A stretch of DNA of 64,000 nt from Macrostomum hystrix (Eukaryota; Animalia; Platyhelminthes): the NCBI GenBank assembly GCA_950097015.1, contig CATNEN010000038.1, positions 12,400,001-12,464,000 on the forward strand, in the 5' to 3' direction. This document shows positions 1-11,947 of the stretch, piece by piece; within the stretch, counting starts at the first letter, position 1, and every line of letters begins with the position of its first letter. The notes beneath the pieces were generated by a model. The model had not been told where the DNA came from. It ran no database searches and saw only the letters and a program-made list of their open reading frames with translations. The translations under genes were made by a program, and so were the position numbers.

Positions 1-329
1 TGAAATGCACGCAAGCACTCTCAGCTCGGAGCTGGCAGGGGCTACAACACAATCGCTTAGAAATCGATCGGAAAATTCAAGCTAATTATAAAATAGATCG
101 GAACTTATCAAACAAACGCGACTCATAATGATTCTTTAACTAACAGAAAGCATTATAAGATGGCAAATAATTATTGATCAGTAAACGATGTCATTTTACT
201 TTCCTTGCTATTACTAAGCCTAAAAGATTTATAAATTTATATATGAGGATTTGAATTTCATGTTACAAGTCTTTGTAACTAGGGATTATAAATATTAAAA
301 TAGAACCATCATAAAACAATCACGATGAT

Positions 330-546
330 GGTTGTAGCCTAGTGTTAGACTTGAAGGTCGGGAGTTCGAATCTCGACTGGACAAAAAAATGTGTGTCCAT
401 TTAGCAATTATAAGACACCTAACATTGGATTGCCTTAGTTCATCCAGCTGTGAAGTGGGTACCAGCATCAGTCCATGGACTGAACAGCCGTACGCAGCCT
501 TCAGATGCGCCGCGCAATAGTTGCGGCTGTGCTGTCAGCTGCACAA
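330..546 (+). mobile_element. tRNA-derived SINE, family A
   Basis: A-box-like tagcctagtg and B-box ggagttcgaatc, followed by a central domain (cttagttcatccagctgtgaagtgggtacc). Its 3' part is near-identical to the reverse-strand copy at ~30103-30395. Confidence 0.75.
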
Positions 547-594
547 TTAATGCCATTTTGGCAAGTGTAATATATTATTCTTTGGGGACTTTTA

Positions 595-880
595 GGGGGT
601 CGTTGGCGCGTTTTCCTCTCGCGCCAAGGTCCCTAAGTTCGATTCCGCGACGAGGCCAGATTAATTTCGGGCGCAGCCGCGGAGAGAAGGCTTGGGGGCT
701 TGTCATGCAATTTACACCCTTAAGGGCCAACCTCCAAGGCTCATTTGTGCTGCTATGTGTGCTCAGGAGTCAGCGGAATGGGCAGAATTGCCTCTTTGCT
801 GGCTGTGGGTCTAGTATCACCAAATGATGTGCCAATGCCTGCAGCCCTCCTGCAATTACTAAAATTATTATTATTGGGAT
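595..880 (+). mobile_element. tRNA-derived SINE, family B (internally deleted copy)
   Basis: cctctcgcgccaaggtccctaagttcgattccgc head, ggagagaaggctt core and gcagccctcctgcaatta + (tta)n tail. Homologous segments recur at least 7 times in the window. Confidence 0.75.
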
Positions 881-963
881 TTTTACTCTTCAAGCTTTAT
901 AAATACAGAGCAACCAGCAGTTCCTAGGCACTGTCTAATAGATAATCTGACAGTTTATTAAAT

Positions 964-3900
964 CTATTTCTTAACGCCGGCCTTCTTAGCAGTGCTGTCA
1001 CTCTCCAGGCTGCGATACTCGGCCACCAGCTGCAGTTGCAGGTCCGATGGCACAGGGCAGTAGCGACTGTACTCCATGACGAACTCGCCCTTGCCCTGGG
1101 TGATGCTGCGCAGTTCGCCAATGAACCCGAACATGTGGTTGAGCGGCACTTCGCATTCAATCACGCAGGTGTCGTCCATCAGATCCGAGTGGGTGATGAG
1201 GCCGGTGCGGCGGACTAGAGCTGCCATCACCACCGTCTGGAACTCGACAGGCGTGTTCACCTCCACCAGCATGACCGGCTCAAGCACGTGCCAGGTGCCG
1301 TGGTCTTGCATTTCTCGGACAGCGTGCATTGCGGCCAGCTGGAATGACCAGTCGCTGCTGTCTACCTGTAGGGAGAAGTTTCATAGATCACTGTTTGATA
1401 TGCACCCGTAAATTTACTGACAACAGTGGGTTGCTAGACCACAGATTTGAGAGTGGCATCTACATAATCGATTAAACATCTACAGATGCCAAAGAAACAG
1501 CAGATCTGGAAATCACAATTTTTAAGAACCTTTCTACTTATCTACAGATACGAGAGCGAGATCTACATACCTATGAATGAGATCTACAGACCTCTGAAAG
1601 AGATCTACAGAGCTTTGAATGAGATCTACAGAGCTTTGAATGAGATCTACAGAGCTTTTAATGAGATCTACAGACCTCTGAAAAAGATCTACAGACCTCT
1701 CAAAGGGATATACAGACCTCTGAAAGAAATCTACAAACCTCGGAGAGATATCTACAGACCTCTGAAATAGATCTACAGAGCTTTGAATGAGATCTACAGA
1801 CCTCTGAAAAAGATCTACAGACCTCTCAAAGAGATCTACAGACCACTAAAATAAATCTACAGAGCTCTGAAAGAGATCTACAGACCTCTGAAAGAGATCT
1901 ACAGAGCTCTGAAAGAGATCTACAGAGCTCTGAAAAAGATCTACAGAGCTCTGAATGAGATCTACAGACCACTGAATGTGATCTACAGAGCTCTGAATGA
2001 GATCTACAGAGCTCTGAATTAGATCTACAGAGCTATGAAAGAGATCTACAGAGCTCTGAATTAGATCTACAGAGCTATGAAAGAGATCTACAGAGCTCTG
2101 AAAGAGATCTACAGATCTGAGAGAGATCAGTCTACCTTGTGATGAGCGCCATCCTGCAGCCGGAAGCGCAGACCAACGCACGGATTTCCAGTCAGCAGGC
2201 CCTTCTCGCAGGCCTGCCGGAAGCCTTTTTCAACGGCTGGCACGTAGCTCTTGGGCACATTGGTGCCGACAGTCTCGTCAACGAATTCAAGAGTGGTGCA
2301 CTTCTCCGGAGGCAGGGGCTCGACTACGCCGATGATGCGAGCGTACTGGCCAGCGCCACCCGACTGCTTCTTGTGCAGGTAGTCGAATTTGTAGGGCTCG
2401 GATAGGGTCTCGCGGAAGGCCACCTTAGCAACAGTGGTCACATAAGGAATGATGAATTGAAGGCTAGAGAGTTGGTTTGATAATAGCAATTAATTAAATT
2501 TATACTACTGATATTCTCAATTATATTACTGATCTACTGATTTCGCTACTGAATTCTTTATTACACAACTGATTTACTAAATTGCACTACTGATATTCTG
2601 AATCACACTACTGATATACTCAATTACACTGCTGCTTTCTCAATTATATTACTCATAGCCTCAAAGATACTACTGATATTCTGAATCACACTACTGATAT
2701 ACTCAATTACACTGCTGATTTTCTCAATTATATTACTCATAGCCTCAAAGATACTACTGATATTCTGAATCACACTACTGATATACTCAATTACACTGCT
2801 GCTTTCTCAATTATATTACTCATAGCCTCAAAGATACTACTGATATTCTGAATCACACTACTGATATACTCAATTACACTGCTGATTTTCTCAATTATAT
2901 TACTCATAGCCTCAAAGATACTACTGATATTCTGAATCACACTACTGATATACTCAATTACACTGCTGCTTTCTCAATTATATTACTCATAGCCTCAAAG
3001 ATACTACTGATATTCTGAATCACACTACTGATATTATCAATGATACTACTGACATTCTCAATGACACTACTGATATTCTCAATGATACTACTGATATTCT
3101 CAATGTTACTAATGATATTCTCAATGATACTACTGATATTCTCAATGATACTACTGATATTCTCAATGATACTACTGATATTCTCAATGATACTACTGAT
3201 ATTCTCAAATACTCAACTGCCTTACTTTCGGCTTGCCCAGCACGCAGGGAGCTCTGTACTCCCGTTCGAGTCGCTGGGCGTAGATCTCCAGGTGGAGCTC
3301 GCCCATACCAGAGAGGATGGTCTCGCGGAACTCGGTGTTGAATGACATCCGCAGGGTGGGATCTTCTTTTAGGAAGCGCTGGAGACCCTTGGCAAAGTTC
3401 TCCTGCATGCGGGACTCCTTGGGTCGGATGGACATTGACACCACAGGGTCCGGGACGAAGATGGACTCCATGCTGACGTCGTGCAGGCCGGCTGTGACGA
3501 ATGTGTCGCCAGAGGCGCATTCCACGCCGAAGGTGGCGCAGATGTCGCCAGCGTAGACTTCGTTGACGTCAGCCATCTGGTTAGCGTGCATCTTGACTAG
3601 GCGTTGTACGCGCACTTTGCGACCTGTGCGGGCGTTGCTCATGGTGTCACCGCGTTTCAGTGAGCCCTGAACAATTTGGAGCATTGTGGCTGGCAGTGCT
3701 AGAGGGACACTTGTTCTAAACTAGCTAGGCTTCAGAAAACTCACATAGCTGAGCAAAGATAGAATAGAAGATACGACAGTGCCAGAGTAGAGATGAGACA
3801 CGGAAGAGTGGAGACTGACGATAGAAGAGCTTAAATAAGCGCAAGATGGAACCGGGTAGAGATGCGATCGATGGAGCGTAGAGATACGGGACAGATTAGA

Positions 3901-6900
3901 CAACGGAGAGAAAAGGCAGAGAGAGAAAGAGAGAGAGAGAGAGAAGAAATACAGAAGAAGAAAGAAGACAGTAGAAAGATAAGATAGTGAAATGATGAGA
4001 CAGTTAGAATTAAGGGATGATACAGGGGAGAGAGAAGACAGGGAAGAGATAAGACAGGGAAGAGATAAGACAGGGAAGAGATAAGACAGGGAAGAGATGA
4101 GACAGGGGAGGGATGAGACAGGGGAGGGATGAGTCAGGGGAGAGATAAGGAAGTATAGAGATGACTCAGGGGAGATAAGACAGGGGAGAGATAAGACAAG
4201 GGGAGAGATGAGACCGGCGATAGATAAGACAGGGGAGAGATGAGACAGGGGAGAGATGAGTCAGTGAAGAAATGAGACAGTGTAGGGATAAGTCAGTGAA
4301 GGGATTAAGCTTCAGAGGCTCACCTGATAAACCCGGAAGTAGGTGAGCTGTCCGTAGGCGCCGGCCTCCAGTTTAAATGCCAGGCCGAGAAATGGCAGCC
4401 GATTGGAGCGCTCCGGATTGAGGTGCAGCCGGACTGGCTCTTCGCCTGGGCCGCCGCCCTGCCTATAGGCGTAGTTTTGCACCTCTGTGGGATTGGGCAG
4501 GTAGTCCACCACGCCGTCTAGCAACGGCTGGACGCCTTTATTGCGCAACGCTGTGCCGAGGAACACCGGCGTGAATCGGCGTTGAAGACAGGCTCGCCTG
4601 ATTGCCGCTTTCAGCTGGTCTCGGCTGGGCTGCTGGTCCATCAGCACCAGCTCGCCAAGCTGGTCGTCAACGTTGGCGACGCATTCAACCAGTTCCTGAC
4701 GACGCTCGATTGTCTCGGCGCGGCGCTCTGCTGGTACAGATTCGCGGCGCACCTGAATGGGTGGATATCAGCGGCCAATTATGTACTTTAGAGTTGCCTG
4801 CTACCTGTTCTACCGTGGGATGGCTACCTGTTCTAGTGGGATGGCTACCTGTTCTACCGGTGGGATGGCTACATGTTCTAGTGGGATGGCTACCTGTTCT
4901 ACCGGTGGGATGGCTACCTGTTCTAGTGGGATGGCTACCTGTTCTACCGGTGGGATGGCTACCTGTTCAAGTGGGTTGGCTACCTGTTCTAGGTGGGATG
5001 GCTACCTGTTCAAGTGGGATGGCTACCTGTTCTAGGTGGGATGGCTACCTGTTCTAGGTGGGATGGCTACCTGTTCTAGTGGGATGGCTACCTGTTCAAG
5101 TGGGATGGCTACCTGTTCTAGGTGGGATGGCTACCTGTTCTAGGTGGGATGGCTACCTGTTCTAGGTGGGATGGCTACCTGTTCTAGGTGGGATGGCTAC
5201 CTGTTCTAGGTGGGATGGCTACCTGTTCTAGGTGGGATGGCTACCTGTTCTAGTGGGATGGCTACCTGTTCAAGTGGGATGGCTACCTGTTCTAGGTGGG
5301 ATGGCTACCTGTTCTAGGTGGGATGGCTACCTGTTCTAGGTGGGATGGCTACCTGTTCTAGGTGGGATGGCTACCTGTTCTAGGTGGGATGGCTACCTGT
5401 TCTAGGTGGGATGGCTACCTGTTCAAGTGGGATGGCCACCCAAGTGGGATGGCCACCCAAGTGGGATGGCTACCTGTTCAAGTGGGATGGCCACCCAAGT
5501 GGGATGGCTACTTGTTCAGGTAGTTGGATGGCTACCTGTTTAAGTGGGATGGCTACCTGTTTAAGTGGGATGGCTACCTGTTTAAGTGGGATGGCTACCT
5601 GTTTAAGTGGGATGGCTACCTGTTTAAGTGGGATGGCTACCTGTTTAAGTGGGATGGCTACCTGTTTAAGTGGGATGGCTACCTGTTTAAGTGGGATGGC
5701 TACCTGTTCTTGGTGGGATGGCTACCTGTTCTAAGTGGCCAATTTAAGTTATTTCAAGGCACTTTTTTCTCACAGTGAGTCCGTGAGGCTCATCAAAGTA
5801 CAAAACGCAGTCGTCAATAAGATCGATGACAGCCTCGTGCTGGCTCTGCAGTCCAACTGGCAGCTGGAGGAAGGCGGCGGTGTGCTTCAGCTTGTGGCGG
5901 ATCTGGTGCAGCACCCGGTTAGGATTGGCGCCCTGCCTATCCAGCTTGTTGATGAAAGCCAGGCAGGGCACGCCGTATCGCTGCATCTGGCGATTGACAG
6001 TCAGTGTCTGGGACTGGACGCCGCCAACGGCGCACAGCACTAGGATGGCGCCATCGAGGACGCGAAGGGCGCGCTCCACCTGAGCATTGATTGATTGATT
6101 GATTTGTGTTTATTGATCATTGTTTTATTATGGATGGCTGTTGATAAGAATTATGAGTTTGAGGAGGCCTTTGATAAGAATTATGAGTTTGAGGAGGCCT
6201 TTGATAAGAATTATGAGTTTGAGGAGGCCTTTGATGATAGTTAAAGGTTGAGAAGGCTGCTGATGAGAATTATGAGGTGAGATGGATTTGGGGTGAGGGA
6301 ATGAGTGATGTTTTGCCACAGTAGTTGGATTCACTGCATAGTTATGCCACACTGACTGTGTCGTACCTCAATAGTGAAGTCGACATGGCCAGGTGTATCG
6401 ATGATGTTAATGACGTGGCCGGCCCACTCGGTGTAGGTGGCGGCGGACTGGATGGTGATGCCACGCTGTCGCTCCAGCTCCATGAAGTCCATGACTGCGC
6501 CAACGCCGTCTGTGCCGCGCACTTCGTGCATCTCGCCGACACGTCCGGTGTAAAATAGGATCCGCTCCGTGAGGGTGGTCTTGCCGCTGTCGATGTGGGC
6601 CGAGATGCCAATATTGCGAATCTTTGTCACATCCATCTGGTCCTGTGGTTAAAGTTCGAGCAGAATGTAGAAATATGTTTAGCTAGATTTACCGAGTAGC
6701 TAGATAAGGCATCGGCAGCGGGCCAAAGATAGAACCTAAAATATTGAATAAATATGAGATAGGGGAGAGATGAGACGCTAGATATGAGACAGAGAAGAGA
6801 TGCCAGAGGGAGAAAAGACAGGAGAGATGAGACAGGAGAGATGAGACAGGAGAGATGAGAAGGAGAGACGATACAGAGAGAGATACGGGAGAGATAAGAC

Positions 6901-7396
6901 ACCGGAGAGATAAGACACCGGAGAGATAAGACACCGAAGAGGCGACACGGGAGAGACGAGACACGGGAGAGACGAGACCCGGGAGAGATGAGACACGGGA
7001 GAGACGAGACACGGGAGAGACGAGACACGGGAGAGACGAGACACGGGAGAGACGAGACACGGGAGAGACGAGACACGGGAGAGACGAGACACGGGAGAGA
7101 CGAGACACGGGAGAGAGGAGACCGACGAGAGAAACAGGGGAAAGATAAACAGGCTACTGTAGTTGTCGAATTGGGCAATGGGCCGGATTTGGAAGCTTGG
7201 AGGGCCGCATCTGGTCCGTGGGACAGAGTCATGCCAAAAGAAGTATTTTTTTACAATTGAACTGAATCAATTATCTTACTATGTTAGCTGCAGCTGCAGA
7301 TGATGGCGCTGACAGCTGCCTGTACAGCACAGAGTGGCAGCCAATCAGATGGCTCCGGGATTGACGGGCGCATTGCAATAGCCTGAGCAATCGCAT
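964..7396 (-). CDS. GFM1: Mitochondrial translation elongation factor G1, 7 exons, ~750 aa
   Basis: Exons 7396-7280, 6636(or 6642)-6367, 6079-5774, 4752-4324, 3666-3226, 2423-2136 and 1365-964, all GT-AG and in frame. Motifs: [69 protein letters not shown]. Exon 1 encodes an Arg/Leu/Ser-rich, acid-free mitochondrial presequence ([16 protein letters not shown]...). Confidence 0.96.
1558..2118. repeat. 21-bp minisatellite (gagatctacagagctctgaaa)n in GFM1 intron 6
   Basis: Directly visible tandem array of about 26 units. Confidence 0.95.
2500..3208. repeat. 21-bp minisatellite (tactactgatattctcaatga)n with higher-order structure, GFM1 intron 5
   Basis: Monomer array; 4-monomer blocks start at 2668, 2752, 2835, 2919 and 3002. 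Confidence 0.95.
3900..4290. repeat. Purine-rich 15-16-bp minisatellite (gagacaggggagagat)n, GFM1 intron 4
   Basis: Visible array preceded by (ga)n; same family as 6755-7115 and, inverted, 44996-45545. Confidence 0.9.
4796..5735. repeat. 21-22-bp minisatellite (gtgggatggctacctgttcta[g])n, GFM1 intron 3
   Basis: Visible array of about 40 units in homogeneous sub-blocks (tctag, tcaa and ttaa variants). Confidence 0.95.
6141..6235. repeat. 30-bp tandem repeat x3, GFM1 intron 2
   Basis: ttgataagaattatgagtttgaggaggcct repeated exactly three times. Confidence 0.95.
6755..7115. repeat. 16-bp minisatellite (gagacacgggagagac)n, GFM1 intron 1
   Basis: Visible array, with CpG-containing units in the homogeneous part. 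Confidence 0.93.
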
Positions 7397-8593
7397 GCTT
7401 GCCTTTGGTGCAGCTATAAAACTATTTTAATTAGCTGCAAAATAAGTTGGGATCATTTTGTTTTGTTTTGCCTTACTACTAACTAGTTTCGCATAACTAG
7501 TTGACTAGTTCTAGAGATAAAACAAGTACAAGATTTTCCCAAATCTGAATACAAAGTATTGGGATGTTTATTTAATACTAATATATGAATAACAAATATT
7601 CCTAATCAATAGAATTCATCAAAAGTAGTCATAGAGGCTAGAGCTGACCTTGTCTTTTTTCAATATGCAATGTTGCTTTTTGGGATTCATACTAGATTAT
7701 ATATTGGACATACTGTATAACATTCATTTATGTAACTTCTCTGTTTGACTTATGCCCTCTTACTAAGAACATGTTTCAAAAGCAGCCTATTGGACTTAAG
7801 GTGCTGTGGATCAGAGCATGCCTAATGCTAATGTGGTTTGGTTAGAATATTATATTTGAACTTGCAATGAGTATTCCGGCCTGTATACACAAAACACATT
7901 TGCAAGATTGATATAGCTTAATTATTTTTCACAACAACACAATGTTAATGTAATTAGGAATATCAGTTATTATAACTACTTTTTTGCTAGGTTTATTTAT
8001 ACATTGGTTTATTTACACACATTATTTATTCCTTGGCACCTTAAAGATCCTTCATAAACTGAGCTAGCTGTCTCTAGCTATCTATAACAAAACAAACATA
8101 CTAAAAGTAAGATAATAAACTGTGTTTAATAGAAAAATTTAAATAAGGAGCTTCTCAAAAAACTACAGAGTTAAGAAACTTTTACTTAAAATCTTACAAA
8201 TGGTCAATGTAGTGATTTTTTAGAGATTACCTAAAATTTAAAAGCAAAAATGTTTTCAAAATCTATTCATTTTAGTGTTCTATTATACAAATATATTTCT
8301 GAAATATATAAATGCACATTCCTTTTTTATATGACAATCAGAAAATCATAAAAATAAATATATGACCAAAATGAATACTTTAAAAATATGATATAGGCCT
8401 AACCTTCTGAATACTGAATTCATCTGAACCCATAACTAAATGCTGAGTATTCATTTTATCTTCAATGTTTTAATAGGCATAATGTTGGTTTGCTTGGCTA
8501 CAGATTAAAAGGGCCACAAAAAAGGAGTAAAAATCAAAATGTTGACTAGGCCCTAATGAAACTAGTGACAGTGGTAATTGAGGGTACAGATCA

Positions 8594-9166
8594 AATTGTC
8601 ATATTCTAAAATGTCATATGATAATGACAATTTGCACAAAAGTATCACAATATTCTATTTCATATGACAATCTTGACTATTTGTATAGTCAAGTATTTGC
8701 AGATCTCATGCTCCTGTTTCAATTCAAGTCAAACAATGACTTGGCTCTAAGAGCTGTGTCTGTTTATAAAACTCAGTGTGCACAACTTGAACTGTAGTAT
8801 CAGTGTACTTGTGCATGTTGTACATCATGAAAATAACTGGCATTGCTATGGAATGACAATGCAATACAAGGGGACATTTGAGTTACATATATATAGCTAT
8901 ATGCTGAACGAAATTCAGTGTACATGTTATGTAATGTGAAATGTACTTTAGAGTGGCTCAAATGACATTATTTTTGTAGAGGCAAGTGAGACAAGGCCAA
9001 AAATGTATGCTTTGCTTCGCTTATGCTTTCAACAAAGCTGTTTGTGGAGCCAATAAAATAACAATATGATGATTTCTTGAATGTCACATTGTCCAATGAT
9101 GACAATATGACCATTTAGATAATGTTTTTTTACAACCACATATGACGATTTAGAATATGATGACTT
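8594..9166. mobile_element. Degenerate non-autonomous DNA transposon remnant (inverted repeats)
   Basis: ttgtcatattctaaaatgtcatatg (~8597-8620) is an imperfect inverted repeat of catatgacgatttagaatatga (~9139-9160), with scattered atatgacaat motifs. True termini and TSD were not found. Confidence 0.4.
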
Positions 9167-10412
9167 TGGCTGGAGCCGGTAATTGACACAATACAAGTGA
9201 GTGTACTAACTTATTTTGATTATATTATTTGCCAGTTCCTAGACTCCAGAGGCCCACCCATGCAATAAAAGTAGTAGGCCTAGTACAAGTAGTACAGAGA
9301 GTTGATATACTGTGTAAAAGTAGGCCCAAATCTCTAGAGATTGTGGAGAGTATATCAGGATGTATCCTATTTTAAAAATTTAGATGCTAACACATTCCAC
9401 AAACACAAAAATTAAATTAGGGCTAATTATGGCACATAATAAATTAATGAGGTCTTAGCCTAACCAAAGAAATAGATAATAGCTTCCAGCAACAACAGGA
9501 CCAGGTTTCTGACTATCTCCTATGCAGTTGGCAACTGCAAGTCTAAGCTTGGCATTTGCTATATGCCTCTATTCTATTGGAATGGACTCATGGAGTTGTT
9601 TGAATAATTTCAGAATTGGGTCCTCCATCAGCATGGTCATGGAATTGTTGGGATAGATAGCTAAGCACTACCAACAGTGTCGCTAAATAGCTAATGATAC
9701 TAAATAAGGGTCTAATGATTCTAATCAAGAGTGAAGCCGGTACCGGAGCAGAGTGAAACAGCTAAGAATTCAGTAATTAGTAATTTCAAATATTGATTTA
9801 ATCGATCGTTTCAATATTTTTGAAATAGGGCCTACACCTACACAAACAATTACATATTACAATTTTTTTACTTAAATGTTGTATTAAAGAGATGCATAGC
9901 AAGTTTTTTTTATTAAAATACGTATTGAGTTTAGAAAATTGGAATATCTGTTGGAGCTTCGGTTTACAGCAAAGAGCCTAAAGCTTAACAAAAATTAAAA
10001 TGGTTCTGTTCCAATGAGCACAAATCAAACGCGAGGTGTTTCTAAGAAAATTGCGGAAAATCGAAATTCCGGAATGTTCTTACCATATCAATTGTTTCAT
10101 TAGTACGTAAAGTACAACTTTTCCGGCGACCAGTTTGCTAGTCAAAATTCACTGACCTAGCGAAAGTACAAGTTGCCTTTAGCACGAATAATAACTTCAA
10201 TTATTTACTGTTACATTACAACTCTAAACCCTAAACTTAACTTTTGCCTTTAAAACTGTTTACTTTTATGTCTGTCTATATTAGAAGTAAAACCCTTGTC
10301 TTTGCAGTGCTCGTAACAATCCAGCAGTGGGTAATATTATTTTATTGGCGCTTGCAATTTCCTAAAGCTCTTTAGATAGAAAAGCATGATTAGATAGAAA
10401 AGTTATAATTCA

Positions 10413-10784
10413 GCAGCCAATTAGGGTTTTGCCATCAGCATGTACGAGTACTGCTCGAAGTCTAAAGTACTGCTCATGCAGATCATTTGCCAAGCTGCAA
10501 GCTGCACTATATATATAGCATAGCTAATTAGGGTATTTTGCAGCCAATTAGGGTTTTGCCATCAGCATGTACGAGTACTGCTCGAAGTCTAAATTAAGTA
10601 CTGCTCATGCAGATCAGTTGCCAAGCTGCAAGCTGCACTATATATATAGCATAGCTAATTAGGGTATTTTGCAGCCAATTAGGGTTTTGCCATCAGCATG
10701 TACGAGTACTGCTCGAAGTCTAAAGTACTGCTCATGCAGATCAGTTGCCAAGCTGCAAGCTGCACTATATATATAGCATAGCTA
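10413..10784. repeat. ~127-131-bp tandem repeat x3
   Basis: Units start at 10413, 10540 and 10671 and are nearly identical; the second has a 4-nt insertion. Confidence 0.95.
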
Positions 10785-11014
10785 TCGAGGTGGATCTCCG
10801 CACTCAAGGATGGCGTTCTCGTCCGGATTCCATTTGACCAGGCCCGTCCACTTGAGATAAGCGGTGTAGCGCGTTATGTCCAGCTATAAATCCGAGATTC
10901 ACTAAAGTGGAATTCCCCGTCCATGTGTGGAATATGGTAAGGCTTTAGGAAATGCACATATTAGTTACTACACGTTTAAAACTGGTATAGTAATAACTTA
11001 AGTAACTTAACAAG

Positions 11015-11290
11015 ACTGGCCCAGCTAAGCCGATGCGCGCATTCGGTATTTGAAGCAAAGGTTCAAAGACTCAATCCGAGCTCTCCACACGCTATATACA
11101 GCTGTCCCTTGAGCACGACACTCAACTCTCCATATAGCTTCAGCTCATCCAGCTGTAAAATTGACACTAGCATCGGCTGGGGTAGATATTGGTTTGGATG
11201 TATGCTGTACACAGCCTAAATGGCTGCATTTTACTGCCGACCTGGTCCATAAATCTATGTAGGTTGTACATCTGGCCCAATCGGATTTAG
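11015..11290 (+). mobile_element. Degenerate SINE related to family A
   Basis: gtcccttgagcacgacactcaac...cttcagctcatccagctgtaaa central domain and catctggcccaatcgg tail, both shared with family A copies. Confidence 0.55.
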
Positions 11291-11947
11291 GTGTCACTTC
11301 TGTATATCAATTTAACTATCTTTGGTACCCAGCGAAAAAGAAACAGTGAAATCAAACTTTGGTTTAGAATTACTCGAGTAAAGTGCATCTGTTAGTTGCA
11401 CTTTTGATGTAATGATTAAATTCGTGAATTCGAGTCTGCTAAAATTCAGGACATGTGCAGGCCACCCATTCTGCAGTTTCTCGTCTCAGCTGAAAATCAT
11501 TTTTTCAGTGATGATGTGATCTGCCATCTGGCCGGAGTTTGATTTCATAAAAAATCGAATCGCGTCAACACGCAGCCGTCTTATAGCTTGCTCCAATTCT
11601 GACAGCAGCTGTCCCCACATTCCCATTCACTACCACTCGACTGCTGCTTGATAATTGTGATTCCGCGTCGCTCGTTCTTGACCGCTAGATTCAATATCCG
11701 GGCACTCCAGACTCCCAAATCACGTCTTACCTTCTCTGTCTACCCTTACCGCCGCCACGCCAGGGATCGCTGCGAATTCCCTAAACGAACTGCCGCTTTT
11801 GATTGGTCGGGAACAGTAAAAGGAGGCATCTGCACGATAGCTTATTTGTACTTATAAAAGCGCAATCCTCTGACAACCATTTATCATACCGCAACCGATT
11901 TGGGGAACAATAGAAGATCTGGTTTCCATGAACGCGCATTCCACAAA

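Noticed and set aside
1486-7260. Repetitive ORFs in GFM1 introns ([22 protein letters not shown] etc.)
   Set aside because: Translations of stop-free minisatellites inside introns; the spliced GFM1 is complete without them.
964-7396. EF-G as a bacterial or horizontally transferred fusA
   Set aside because: It has spliceosomal introns and a mitochondrial presequence, so it is ordinary nuclear GFM1.
9480-9680. DGGPN-like integrase remnant on the minus strand
   Set aside because: Too short and too degenerate to support.
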